Shown here: piece after piece, positions 50,713 through 62,445 of the stretch
How positions within the stretch are numbered: position 1 is the first letter of the stretch
Layout: each line of letters starts with the position of its first letter
Source of the DNA: Felis catus
Taxonomy: Eukaryota
Length of the DNA stretch: 64,000 nucleotides
NCBI RefSeq assembly: GCF_018350175.1
Contig: NC_058376.1
Coordinates: 70,494,001-70,558,000 of the forward strand
Direction of reading: 5' to 3'
Position numbers and translations under genes: made by a program
Notes under the pieces: model-generated
Told to the model about the DNA's origin: nothing
The model's database searches: none
The model's input: the letters and a program-made list of their open reading frames with translations, nothing else

Positions 50713-53700
50713 AAGTCACTTGTTTCCACAGTGCCCCCTGCAGGGACCATCATTGTATCCCCGTTTCTGGCCTGGGCTCCTCTCTGCTTTGCAGATGCAG
50801 AAATAGAGAATAAAGGGAGCTTCCTGGCTGCAGCTTTTCAGAAAGTGAGGGGCAAAGCCCCAGGTACGAACAACTATTCCTAGTGGTGGACGCCTCTGGC
50901 AAAGGTATGGGAGCTCAGCTCTTGCCGAGTGGAGCCACTCAGTGAGCCATCTCATCGCCATTCCTGTGGGCAGATTTTAGGAGAAAGCACCATATTCTCA
51001 GGAGCTTCGGCAGAAATCAGGGCTCCCTTTGCTGACATGGAGAACCTATGGAGTTTTATTCGCCAGCGGTGGGGAGTAGGATGGGGGATGGGGGCGGGGA
51101 TTTGAGGCAAAGCTGTCAAGATGCACAGAATGTAGTTTCTCAATAACACCCATATCCAGCTCCCACCCAAAACTACAGTAAAGTCAAGGGCACTGTTATC
51201 CCAGCCTTGCTTTTAGCACATGATCCCACTTTCGAGAACCTCACAGTCACTATGACCCCAGGCCTGGGAGCAGTTGACACAGGTCCCACTTGATGAGAAC
51301 TGGCCTTAAATGGATATGCCTTTACCCAGGGCTGCCCTGGGCTAGTGCCCATGCTGGGTACACACCTCCCTCCAGGGCGGCTGCCAGGGATGCTCTCCTC
51401 TCAGCCCCTCAGTCTTCTGTCTCTGAGAAGGGCAAGCAGGGCAGGGCACCTGCCACCTCCCAGGTTGCTGAAGCCCCAGAGAGGATGCAGTTTGGTTTGA
51501 GTGTGTTCCTTGATGGCAGGTTTCTTGGTCTGCGTGTTCCTTTGTAAGCCTTTGCATGCCTTTCTGCAGGGACAGTAAGGTGTGTTCATACAGTCCCCCC
51601 AACAGATTAGGAGCTCCTCAAAATCAGGGACAAGTTCCCTCCTCTCTCAGGATCCTCTCCTCATCCCCAGATGGATGCAACAACTGGGGGTGCTCAGTGG
51701 GAAGGGGCAACCATATATCCTGCCTGGGCCGGTCCCAGCTCACACCTGTTGCCTGAGAGTATTTTTCAGTAGAGCCCAGGAAGCGTTCTGATGACCGGCT
51801 GACCTCGGGGGCAGGGGAGGCACGATAGGGCAGAGAGCAAAGACAAGGGAGGAAAGAGGACACTCCTCTAGGCAGGACTAGGTTGGAGCCTGTTACAAAT
51901 GCAGAATCTCAGCTCTCTCCTCTCCCCTCCCCACCCCCACCCCTACAGAATCAGAATCTTCATTTTGACAAGATCCCCAGATCTTGAAGCTAGAGAAGCT
52001 TGGAGTCGTGGAATATAACCCAGGGACCCCCAGGGACATACGTGTCCAGGAAAAACAATGATAGTGATAATAACGTATTGAGCACCCACTTGGTTCCAGC
52101 TACCACACCGGACCTCTTACCACTTTGCGCCAGCTACGACACTCGCACGTTATCGTATTTTATGCTTTGACAATCCAGCAAGGTAGGCATTGTGACCTGC
52201 TCTTCAGAAATGAGGCAGGCAGTCAGAAAGTCCATGCCACAAATTATAGGCTAGCTGGACTCTGAACACCGGGTCTGATTCGAAAGCCACGGCTCTGACA
52301 ACTGTTGTAAGTATGATGCGGTGTTTCAAATTGGGCCAGCAGTTACAGCCACTTGTCAACTCTCTACAGGGCCTAGAAATCCACTGGCAAGTGCAATGAA
52401 TTCCAGGGGCTGTTCCATTGCCCGGTGCTGGCCCGAGCACCTGTGTGCTGGGGTTGGGCCAACGCCGTGCCAGAGGGCTCACTATGTCTTCGGAAACAGT
52501 CTCTGAAGATGAACACGCATGGCCCAGCCCCCAGTGAGCGTTAAGATCTGTGACTGGAGTGACAAATAAATTAGATGGTAAGCAGGCCTGGGGCCACTTC
52601 TGCCACAAGCTCAGCAACTTCTAGCACTGGCCTCGCCGGGGCCAGAGTGAGGGTAAAGGGGAGGCTCACACAGGGCCCCATCCTATAATCTTCAGATGTC
52701 TGATTTAGGGCTTCATCTACTGCCAGCCCCCAGGAGGCAGCACCTTCCTGCCAACTGCTCCCATGGCAAACCCCACACTCCCCTCCAGCCAGCGTTCAGA
52801 GGCTCCCCAGGCCACAAAGCCAGGCCCAGCCACAGACCCCGGCTCTCAGCTGGTCCTCTCTGCACCACCTACCCTCAGCCTGGGACCGTCTGTCCGGTTC
52901 TGTGTCTATATAGGTGGTCGCCTCATTCCCCACCCGAATGTGAGCGACATGAGGGCACGTCTCCCTGACTTTGTCTCTCACAGACCCACCGCAATCCAGC
53001 AGGTGCCCCCCAAATGCCTGAGCTAGGAAGTGCCATTATTAGCTCTTCTACAGAACCACGCAGAGTATTCTGCCCACTCCCCACAGCCAGAGGACACTTC
53101 CGTGTGCAGGGAGAAGAGCTGGGGGCACAGGCAGGACACACATACTAGCCCATCCCTCAGGGTGTCACCCTCCACTTCCTTGGAACTCCCAGCTGTTCAG
53201 GGCTGAGGCAGGCAGGCCCGTCAGTGTGAAAGAGCCCTCCCAAACCAGTGATTTCATGCTTCAGGCATTTATCCCCAGAACTGGCCAGGGAGCCCAGCAG
53301 GCCAAACCCCCTCCTGCTCACAGAGCCAGAGCAGACACAAGGGTAGAGCTGGACAGTGTTAGCTCTCACTTCCTTCTGCAGCCTTGACTGTGTTCCCATG
53401 GCCTCCTCAGTCTAAAGGTTGCTTCTCTGCCTTCCACAGTCAAAGCCAACAAATGAAAATAATCACTAGTGGGAGCTGGGCGGGAGTACCCAGGATTCTG
53501 GTCAATCACTCTTCAACTCAGAACAAGAGGAAGGCCTGCGGCATGTCTACTCCTGCCCTCCTCCAGCCAAGGATGAGTAAGTACTTCTGCCCACAGAAAA
53601 CCTTCAATATATCAAAGGCCGGATCCCAAAAGCCAGGAATTCGGGTACCTAAGGTATAATTTTCTCCCCCTTCCAAAGAAATCTTAAGTATTCAATTCAT

Positions 53701-54615
53701 CTAGTTTTAAAACCAAGAACCACCAACATGAAATGTTATTCTATAGGTAGAACAAATAAAAGAGCATATGCTCTCTTCCTAATTAGGGCAGCAAGGGAGA
53801 GGAGGGGAGAAGGAATGGACAGGAGGAGAGATGGCACAAGATCCAGACAGGGCAGAGAGTTCAAGAAAGAAAAAAGAACACTGGGGAAGAAAACCAGAGA
53901 GATACAAGCCTAAAAGAAGGAGTGAGGCAGGAAGGAAAGAGGAGACAAACTAGGTAAGTTTTGAGAAATGCTGAAGGTCACGGTTTGTTGTTGGCTCGGA
54001 GTGCTCAAGTTCAGAAATCCTTACCAGGACATGAGCCTTTGTTTACAATTCTCCCCAGTTCTAACTGTTAAAAATTCCTCTGTTTGAATCCTTAATCTTT
54101 CCCCTTTCTGGGCTAACCATGCCTTTAAGAATCTGGCACTAGTTCTGGACCCTCTCCTAGAAAAATATATTTTTTTATATAAGATTTTGCATGCAATTTC
54201 AGGGGCTTGTGGACCCTAAGTTACAACTGCTTCCTCTGAAAGGTCCACTTTGATTGGGAGACCCGTAACAGCCAGAGAGAAAACATCCCAACTGCCAGAT
54301 TAAACTCAAACAAGGGCAGGATGTGTTGAATCTTATGCGTATACAAGCCATCATATCAAGCTTTTAAGAACACCATTGGCTCCTTGGACCTTAACATCCT
54401 TCCCTGGTTACCACCCCAATAATGGTACTAGAAGCAAGGCTGGTTACTTGAAGGGGCTAGCTGTGTGTTTGGATGGTTAAAAGGTCTGCCTTTGATGGAG
54501 GCCACAATCTCTTTATTTACCTGGAAATTAACCTTTAGAGATCAATGGGATTATTAAATTACCCACAGGCAGTAGGTCCCAAATCTGAACGTGCATTAAA
54601 AATTACCCTTGTGCT

Positions 54616-54824
54616 GGGGCGCCTGGGTGGCTCAGTGAGTTAGGCGTCCAACTTCGACTCAGGTCATGATCTCGCGGTCTGTGAGTTCGAGCCCTGCGTC
54701 AGGCTCTGTGCTGACAGCTCAGAGCCTGGAGCCTGTTTCGGATTCTGTGTCTCCCTCTCTCTCTGACCCTCCCCCATTCATGCTCTGTCTCTCTCTGTCT
54801 CAAAAATAAATAAACGTTGAAGAA
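54616..54824 (+). mobile_element. CanSINE inserted in a MER5-type MITE (~54570-54955)
   Basis: TSD AAAATTACCCTTGTGCTG. Confidence 0.94.
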
Positions 54825-55197
54825 AAAATTACCCTTGTGCTGATTTAAAACGCAGATTATTAGTTCAAAATTTGATAGTCTGATTCAGAGTGTTTTTCTA
54901 ATGAGCTCCTAGGTGATTCTGATGCAAGCAGTCCCCAAACCAAACTGACACACTGTTCTTTAAAAATTGCAAGCCTGGGAGGATGGGTTTCTGGGCCAGC
55001 AGATAAGCAGATTCCCTGCTCGTTGTAGTGTCCTCATATACCAGGGGCAGGACTAAGCACATATGCAAGGGAACTTACTATGTGACTAGGTTTTGACCAC
55101 TGCATCAGAAAGGCTACCTTTACAGGGTAAGAAAGGATATGAATAAGGCAGGACATAAAAAGTATAGTGCCAGGTGAAACTCTCCAAGGGCCTTAGG

Positions 55198-55352
55198 GCA
55201 GTGGTTCCTAGATCTGTGGGCACATGAAGAATCACCTGGAGTATACTTCTTACAATTCAGATTCTCAGGCCTCGGGCTACTAGGAAATATACATTTATAC
55301 CAGTAACAAGATTCCCTAGTTGTTCTGACACACATACAGGTATGGAAACTTT
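55198..55352. mobile_element. MER5-family MITE
   Basis: GCAGTGGTTCCTAG..AGAATCACCTGGAG..CAGATTCTCAGGCC. Confidence 0.65.
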
Positions 55353-56199
55353 CTTGTTTATGGTATCCATAGGCCCAAGCATATGTTGATCAAGATACAA
55401 GACCATTATACAAGACAATTATTGCAAAAATGCTTTGAAACACTAAAATGCCCTCAAAATTCTCCAGCAAAGAACAGTGAACATTACCAGGTTTCCTTCT
55501 TGTCTCTTTTTCTTTTCCTCCTCCCCCTCCACCTTCTTTTTCAGGGGGGAAACCAACTAGAGGAGGTGGGCCACGCTAAATGCCCGGAATGGGTTCCAGA
55601 TGGTGAAGATTTTGGCCTCTTGGCCTGACTGTCCCTCCCTTACCCTGGAGTACTATACAAATATTACCATTTTCTGGCTGTGCAGTGACATGAAAATGGC
55701 TGGGAGGCACTAGGTTCGTGTCAAAGAAACTCATACAGGGAGAGAGCATCCTCTTTGGTCCAGAAGACAATGCCGAAGCATTTTCTGATCTTTACAAGGT
55801 GGAACTTCCACATAGGAAGGAAACCATCATGTGTCCAAAAAGGTCCACACCAGGCTTGGCATGAGATTGGGGGTTGGGAGGAGGCATCCAGAGAAATGCT
55901 GCAAAGACGGCCCCGTTTCAGACTGCTGGACTGGGAGGTCCCCGCACAACACGCTGCAGCTCCTCCACCCTCGGACAGGACATCGTGGCAGTGAGACAGC
56001 CCCACCCTTGTCTAGAATCCCCCTAGTGGCCAGGTACTCCTTTTTACTGTATTTCCTCAATTTGACTCTGATTTTTTTTTTCATTTTGATTTCCTGAAAC
56101 TTGGATGTCTTACAATCAACATGTAGACTTAAGGTGATGGTTTTTTCCACCTGAAAATTTAGTGTGTCTCAAACTTGATGGTGTTTTAAAATTGAGAAA

Positions 56200-56345
56200 A
56201 TAAGGTTTATCACCTCATTTAACCCTGAAGCAAGCTGTGAGGCAGGCGTCATTATTCCCTTTTTTCCAGATGAGGAAACTGAAGCGCAGACAGAGTTCAC
56301 AGAGCGAGGGAGTGACAGGGCCAGGACTGGAACCCAGTCTTTCGT
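56200..56345 (-). mobile_element. MIR
   Basis: CCTCATTTAACCCTG..CCAGATGAGGAAACTGAAGCGCAGA. Confidence 0.75.
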
Positions 56346-56581
56346 GCCTCCTTCCCAACATTCTGTGAGCACATTTAAGGGTCTGAAAAATGGCTTCCAC
56401 TCGAGTTACTGCAGTGCAAGAAAGCAAAAAGTGATTTTCCTCTGACTTCAAATAGAACTTGGAGAAAAAAATGGAAAAATAGATAGGGTTTGTTTGGTTG
56501 CTATTGTTTATTTTAGACCATAACTGAAGTTTCTTTATGACTTTAGGAACTTAAGACTGCACCATACAGAGAACTATTCCC

Positions 56582-56807
56582 TTTTTTTTTTTTTTTAATG
56601 TTTATTTATTTTTTTAAGAAAGAAAGAGACAGAGCAGGAAGGGGGCGGGAAGGGCGGGGCAGAGAGAGGGAGGCACAGAATCTGAGGCAGGCTCTAGGCT
56701 CTGAGCTGTCAGCACAGAACCGTGCGTGGGGCTCGAACCTAAGAACTACAAGATCATGACCTGAGCCGAAGTTGGATGTTTAACAGACTGAGCCACCCAG
56801 GTATTCC
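56582..56807 (-). mobile_element. CanSINE
   Basis: TSD CAGAGAACTATTC. Confidence 0.93.
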
Positions 56808-56863
56808 CAGAGAACTATTCTTATAATGATCACATCTGGCATGTTTAATTTAAAATGGTCCTC

Positions 56864-57085
56864 GGGGCGCCTGGGTGGCGCAGTCGGTTGAGCATCCGAC
56901 TTCAGCCAGGTCACGATCTCGCGGTCCGTGAGTTCGAGCCCCGCGTCAGGCTCTGGGCTGATGGCTCAGAGCCTGGAGCCTGTTTCTGATTCTGTGTCTC
57001 CCTCTCTCTCTGCCCCTCCCCCATTCATGCTCTGTCTCTCTCTGTCCCAAAAATAAATAAAAAACGTTGAAAAAAAAATTTTTTT
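56864..57085 (+). mobile_element. Young CanSINE
   Basis: Near-consensus; imperfect TSD TAAA(A)TGGT(C/T)CTC. Confidence 0.95.
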
Positions 57086-57181
57086 AAATGGTTCTCAATG
57101 GAACAACAATTATCAATTTCCTGCTTGAATTTACTATTTTATTTACTTTTGAATGTTTTTAATGATTTTTGGCAATCAGGA

Positions 57182-57408
57182 TTTTTTTTTTTAATTTTTT
57201 TTCAACATTTTTTATTTATTTTTGGGACAGAGAGAGACAGAGCATGAATGGGGGAGGGGCAGAGAGAGAGGGAGACACAGAATCGGAAACAGGCTCCAGG
57301 CTCCGAGCCATCAGCCCAGAGCCCGATGCGGGGCTCGAACTCACTGACCGTGAGATCATGACCTGGCTGAAGTCGGACGCTTAACCGACTGCGCCACCCA
57401 GGCGCCCC
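57182..57408 (-). mobile_element. Young CanSINE
   Basis: TSD TGGCAATCAGGATTTT. Confidence 0.96.
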
Positions 57409-57806
57409 TGGCAATCAGGATTTTAAGGTGTTGTACCTTAAGATATCTAGCATTTTCTGTCAGCTTGTGAGGAGCAGGAAAAAATTTAACAGAATAAATC
57501 ATCATCAAAACAATAAAACCAAAATATTGTTCTCCATAATATTCAGGAAGTGCTCATTTTCTTGAAAGCAGCAGGGAGGTGGGTGGGGGGAGAACCCTCC
57601 CCCATATAAACACATACATAAACTCAAAGAAAACCACAGCCACTATTGACATATAATATTATTTCTAATTCTTAAGAAATGCCCTTCCAGGGAGGCATTT
57701 ATTTCCATTTTTCAGATGAGCAAACTCAGAGGGTTTCAGTGACTCGCCTGCCGCCACATAGCTTGTAAGAAGCCTGGGTTCTGGTAGCACTAATCATAAA
57801 AACACA

Positions 57807-58019
57807 GGGGCACCTGGGTGGCTCAGTCGGTTAAGTATCCAACTTCAGCTCAGGTCATGATCTTGTGGTTCCTGAGTTCCAGCCCCACATCGGGCTCTGT
57901 GCTACAGCACAGAGCCTGCCTCAGATCCTCTGTCCCCCTCTCTCTCTGCCCCTCCCCAGCTCGTGCTTTCTCTTTCTCAAAAATAAGTAAACATTAAAAA
58001 TGGTAATAATAAATAAATA
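57807..58019 (+). mobile_element. CanSINE (older)
   Basis: TSD CATAAAA(A/G)CACA. Confidence 0.92.
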
Positions 58020-58038
58020 CATAAAAGCACATATTATT

Positions 58039-58259
58039 TTTTTTTAATTTTTTTTTCAATGTTTATTTATTTTTGGGACAGAGAGAGACAGAGCATGAAC
58101 GGGGGAGGGGCAGAGAGAGAGGGAGACACAGAATCGGAAACAGGCTCCAGGCTCTGAGCCATCAGCCCAGAGCCTGACACGGGGCTCGAACTCACGGACC
58201 GCGAGATCGTGACCTGGCTGAAGTCGGACGCTTAACCGACTGCGCCACCCAGGCGCCCC
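58039..58259 (-). mobile_element. Young CanSINE
   Basis: TSD TAAAAGCACATATTATT (58022-58038 / 58260-58276). Confidence 0.96.
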
Positions 58260-58869
58260 TAAAAGCACATATTATTGCCATTAACAATGACCTTCCCTAA
58301 TCATCTCCATAGTTCATGAGTAGGGACCATACCTATTTTATTCTCCACTGTATGCTGGAGCCTGACTCCTGTCACCCAATAGCTTCCATAGCTACTGCCT
58401 GGTGGGTGGATAGAAGGAAGACAGAGGGAGACCGAATGGAGTAAGTGTGCAGTGTGCTGGCCCCCCAGGCAGGCACTCCTTCCACCCTTCCATTCCACTT
58501 GTCTGGAGTCTGTGCTCTGACAATCTGTTTGATCGGCTTCATTCTCTACAAATGGTATCACACTTCCACAAGCTGCTCTGATTTGTGTTCTCTAGAACTA
58601 TGTCCATCTCCTTATTGGAGCCTGATCTATTCTGGTTCCTTTCCCAGTCAGTCACTCAGCAAAGCATAACTGACAGCCAGCCATGTGCCAGGTCCTTTCT
58701 AAGGTGCTGGATAGAAAACGGGGTAAGGTGCGCTTCCTGTCCTTGGGGCTCTTCCAGCCTGAAAGAGTGACCTCTGTACTCTCTGCTGAGCTCTGCATCC
58801 CTCAGCACTTTCTGCAACTACCTGCCAAACTCTCTTGGCCTCCACCAGCACTTCTGCTATTTCTTTTGT

Positions 58870-59105
58870 GTTTTTTTTTATAAATTAAAAAAAAATTTTT
58901 AACCTTCATTTATTATTGAGAGACACAGAGAGAGCATGAGCATGGGAGGGAGAGACAGATAGAGGAGGAAACACAGAATCCAAAGCAGGCTCCAGGCTCC
59001 GAGCTGTCAGCACAGAGCCCGACACGGGGCTCGAACTCACAAACTGCAAGATCACGACCTAAACCGAAGTCGGATGCTCAACCAACTGAGCCACCCAGGC
59101 ACCCC
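58870..59105 (-). mobile_element. CanSINE
   Basis: TSD CTGCTATTTCT. Confidence 0.93.
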
Positions 59106-59689
59106 TGCTATTTCTGATGCTTTGTTTTGTTATTTTTGCAGACATAGGAGGGCCCAGTTGTGATTCTACTCTCTGTCTTTTAGCGTGTTCTTGTACTTTT
59201 TCACGTAGGCTATGTTTCACGTGCTGGCAGGCAGCATCATACAAAGTTCTGTTGAGTTCTGAGATGGGTATGACCGGAAGGAGCCACCTCGGGAGTGAAA
59301 GAAGCCCCCTGTCTTACAGGTGAGGAAACAGAAGGTACACGGCCCACCCCAATCGCTAGTGGAGCCTGCTGCTCTTGCCAGTGTCCTTCCGTGACACCTA
59401 CCATGCATACCAGTAGATGAGGGGTTGGTTCAGAAAGGGACCACAGCCTGCTGAGGTCTAACGAATGATGAAATCTAAAATCAAGTTCTTTTATGAGGCA
59501 ACTGAGGTAGGGTCCTGGCCCAGAGTGCACAGGCAGTGGTTGAGGGGACCCTGGCCAGAGATCTCCCAGTGCCAAACGCTGCAACCATGGTTCCCATTCC
59601 ACTCGACTACTGAACAACTTCCCAGGTGCATTTTAAACATCACGCTGTAAGTGTGCTGCTTATTTAACAATTCAGTCAACAGCATGGCT

Positions 59690-59930
59690 AGGAGCAGCAT
59701 GAGTTTGAGGGTTAAGAAGAACATGGACCCTCAGGTCAGACTCTGGCTTCACGGCTTACTAGCTGCATGGTCAGGAGCAAGACAACCTCTCTGAACCTCA
59801 GTTTTCTTATCTTTACGGCAAGGACAATAACAGCGCATTGACCCCACAGACACCGTAAGGATAAATTGAGATAGATGATGCCCAGCACAGGGCTGGCACG
59901 TGGGGAGTATTTGATAAACATTAGCTACTC
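59690..59930 (+). mobile_element. MIR
   Basis: CTTACTAGCTGCATG..AACCTCTCTGAACCTCAGTTTTCTTATCT..AGCACAGGGCTGGCAC. Confidence 0.8.
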
Positions 59931-60015
59931 TGACCTTCCTTGGTCACTATGCTCTCTTCAGATTTTATATTCACGAAATCTGTAGCAAGCGGTTTGACCC
60001 ACTACTTTTTTTCTC

Positions 60016-60242
60016 TTTTTTTTTTTTAAATTTTTTTTTCAACGTTTATTTATTTTTGGGACAGAGAGAGACAGAGCATGAACGGGGGAGGGGCAGAGAG
60101 AGAGGGAGACACAGAATCAGAAACAGGCTCCAGGCTCTGAGCCATCAGCCCAGAGCCCGACGCAGGGCTCGAACTCACGGACCGCGAGATCGTGACCTGG
60201 CTGAAGTCGGACGCTTAACCGACTGTGCCACCCAGGCGCCCC
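60016..60242 (-). mobile_element. Young CanSINE
   Basis: TSD TACTTTTTTTCTCTT. Confidence 0.96.
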
Positions 60243-60510
60243 ATACTTTTTTTCTCTTAATTAATTATTTCATTTTATTTTTTTTTCTCTACTTACAAGC
60301 AGAAATATACTTAGTGTTTCCAAAAGTATTAATTGTTTCTGGGCCATTCAGTAAAGAAAGTCAGGCAAGGGTACAGGTATGAGATTTCTAATGTACCAAC
60401 TGATATAGACATGCGACATTAAAATCTGATGGCCTATTAGAAACACGTTTGGAAGTAGTAAGAGTGGGGTAACAGTTTGGGAACCACTTCATCATTAGGT
60501 TTTCTCCTGC

Positions 60511-60546
60511 AAAAAAACAAAAACAAAAACAAAAACAAAAACAAAA
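60511..60546. repeat. (AAAAAC)n simple repeat
   Basis: Direct reading. Confidence 0.9.
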
Positions 60547-60781
60547 TACCTTCATAATGCAGTATTTTCACTTCTTCAGAAAAGTAACATCAATTCTTGG
60601 AGTAGCCCAGGAAGTTTTTCCCTTCACATCTCTAGATCCAGTGTTCAGGGTGAAAGAGACTATGTTCTGGGCTGCAAACTTGTGAGGCAGACCTTATTTG
60701 CACATGTGAAAGATAGCCATCTAGAGCACTAATGTGGGCCTGGGGGCAAGCAGGGACCCTAGCCCCGCCCAGGTTTCTCAC

Positions 60782-61050
60782 CTGGTGCCTGATTAGGGAG
60801 CCTACCATCCACCAGGAGAGGATGTGTGTGAGAGAGATCAAAACACCACACACGTGAAACCGCGCAAATGAGCTCAGTTCGGAGAAAGCATAGTTCGGAG
60901 AAAGCATTAGTCACTGATTCGTGGATGGGGCAGGTCAACACTCAGGGGAGGAAGTCAAGTGCGTGGGTTCGGGTGCCGGGCGCTGCGGCCGGGTGCTTTC
61001 TACAAAGCATCTCAGGTGGCCAGGTTAGCCGCGCAGTCACCGCGTGGCTT
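60782..61050 (-). promoter_or_regulatory. Candidate internal promoter / alternative first exon of SLC12A8
   Basis: Non-repeat CpG cluster, CACGTG E-box (60851-60856), GGAAGT ETS core, tandem TTCNNNGAA motifs and a strong minus-strand donor CAG|GTGAGA at 60782/60781. Confidence 0.45.
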
Positions 61051-62064
61051 TTATGTGTGCATGCATTCACACAGCCAGTGGTGTGGGGTAAAGCAAATAC
61101 TTATGGCAGAATCTGGGGCATTTTCTTATTATTTTGGATCATAGACTAACAAGAAACAAAACAATCATGGCTCTCGTGGTTAAAATAAATTTTATTTGCT
61201 TGTGTTTAAGGAGTGTGTGTTCCTGATGGTGGTGGTGGTGGTGGAGTGTACAGAGAGTGAGGAGTGGGGGGTGGAGGGAGGGGATGGAAAAAATGAAGTG
61301 GTATTTAGAAACAAGAGAATGAGATCACAAAGCTCTTTTCCCAAATTGCATCTGGTCTTCCTCTCTACCCCACGGCTCCTGGCAGTGTAAGCTGGACGCT
61401 TGAGGCCCAGTCCCCTGCCTTTAGGCTCTCCCCCTGTGCACCCACACTAACCCCAGGCAGGGCTCTCAAAGAGCCACTGGGAGTCTGTCACTTCCCTACT
61501 CAAAGGAAAAACCCACTGACCTTGCTCCATGTTTAGGATTTCTGTATCTTTAAACCTCCTGTGGAGTTCTAAAGTTATTCCTAGTTATTTTGTTTGTTTA
61601 TCTGTTTGCTTTTCTAACTAGAAGGACTAAGAAAATCCTCAAGATAAGACATGTCATCAAGCCTATGTTTATATCACATTCCATCTGGGGCTTCTGAATG
61701 TTGCTACATTAATTTTAACTTTAAAAAATACTATATATGGTGTGAGCCCAATTATGTAACAAAAAGGGGGATAGAAAAAAGGCTATAAGGAAATAAACTT
61801 CATACTTCATATTTTAAAATTAAATATGTTATTCTTAATAAAAATAAATTAACACTATAATTTAGTATATACTATCTATTATGGACTGAATGCTTGCATC
61901 CCCACCTAACCCACACCCTCCCCCCCCCCAAATCCATATGTTGAAGCTCTAGAATGGCTATATTTGGAGACGGAGCCTCTAAGGAAGTAATTGGTGTTAA
62001 TAAGGTCATAAGGGTGGGGCACTGAGCAGATAGGATTAGTGTCCTTATCAGAAGAGACACCAGT

Positions 62065-62299
62065 GGGGCGCCTGGGTGGCTTAGTCGGTTGAGCATCCGA
62101 CTTCAGCTCAGGTCACGATCTCACAGTTCGTGAGTTCAAGCCCCGAGTCAGGCTCTGGGCTGGTGGCTCAGAGCCTGGAGCCTGCTTCCGATTCTGTGTC
62201 TCCCTCTCTCTCTGCCCCTCCCCCATTCATGCTCTGTCTCTCTCTGTCTCAAAAATAAATAAACATTAAAAAAATTAAAAAAATTAAAAATTGAAAAAA
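62065..62299 (+). mobile_element. CanSINE
   Basis: TSD AGAAGAGACACCAG. Confidence 0.95.
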
Positions 62300-62402
62300 A
62301 GAAGAGACACCAGAGAGCTAGTGACTGCATACACTCTTTCCCAAACTCCCTACCTCTCTCTCTCTCTTCCTCTCTCCCTATCCTCTTCCAACCTGCACAT
62401 GT

Positions 62403-62404
<2 letters not shown>

Positions 62405-62442
<38 letters not shown>
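62405..62442. repeat. (CA)~19 microsatellite
   Basis: Perfect dinucleotide run. Confidence 0.95.

Positions 62443-62445
<3 letters not shown>

Noticed and set aside
60942-61010. In-frame (phase 1) ATG at 61010 for the candidate alternative exon
   Set aside because: The frame closes at TGA after 22 codons (MLCRKHPAAAPGTRTHALDFLP*), before the donor.
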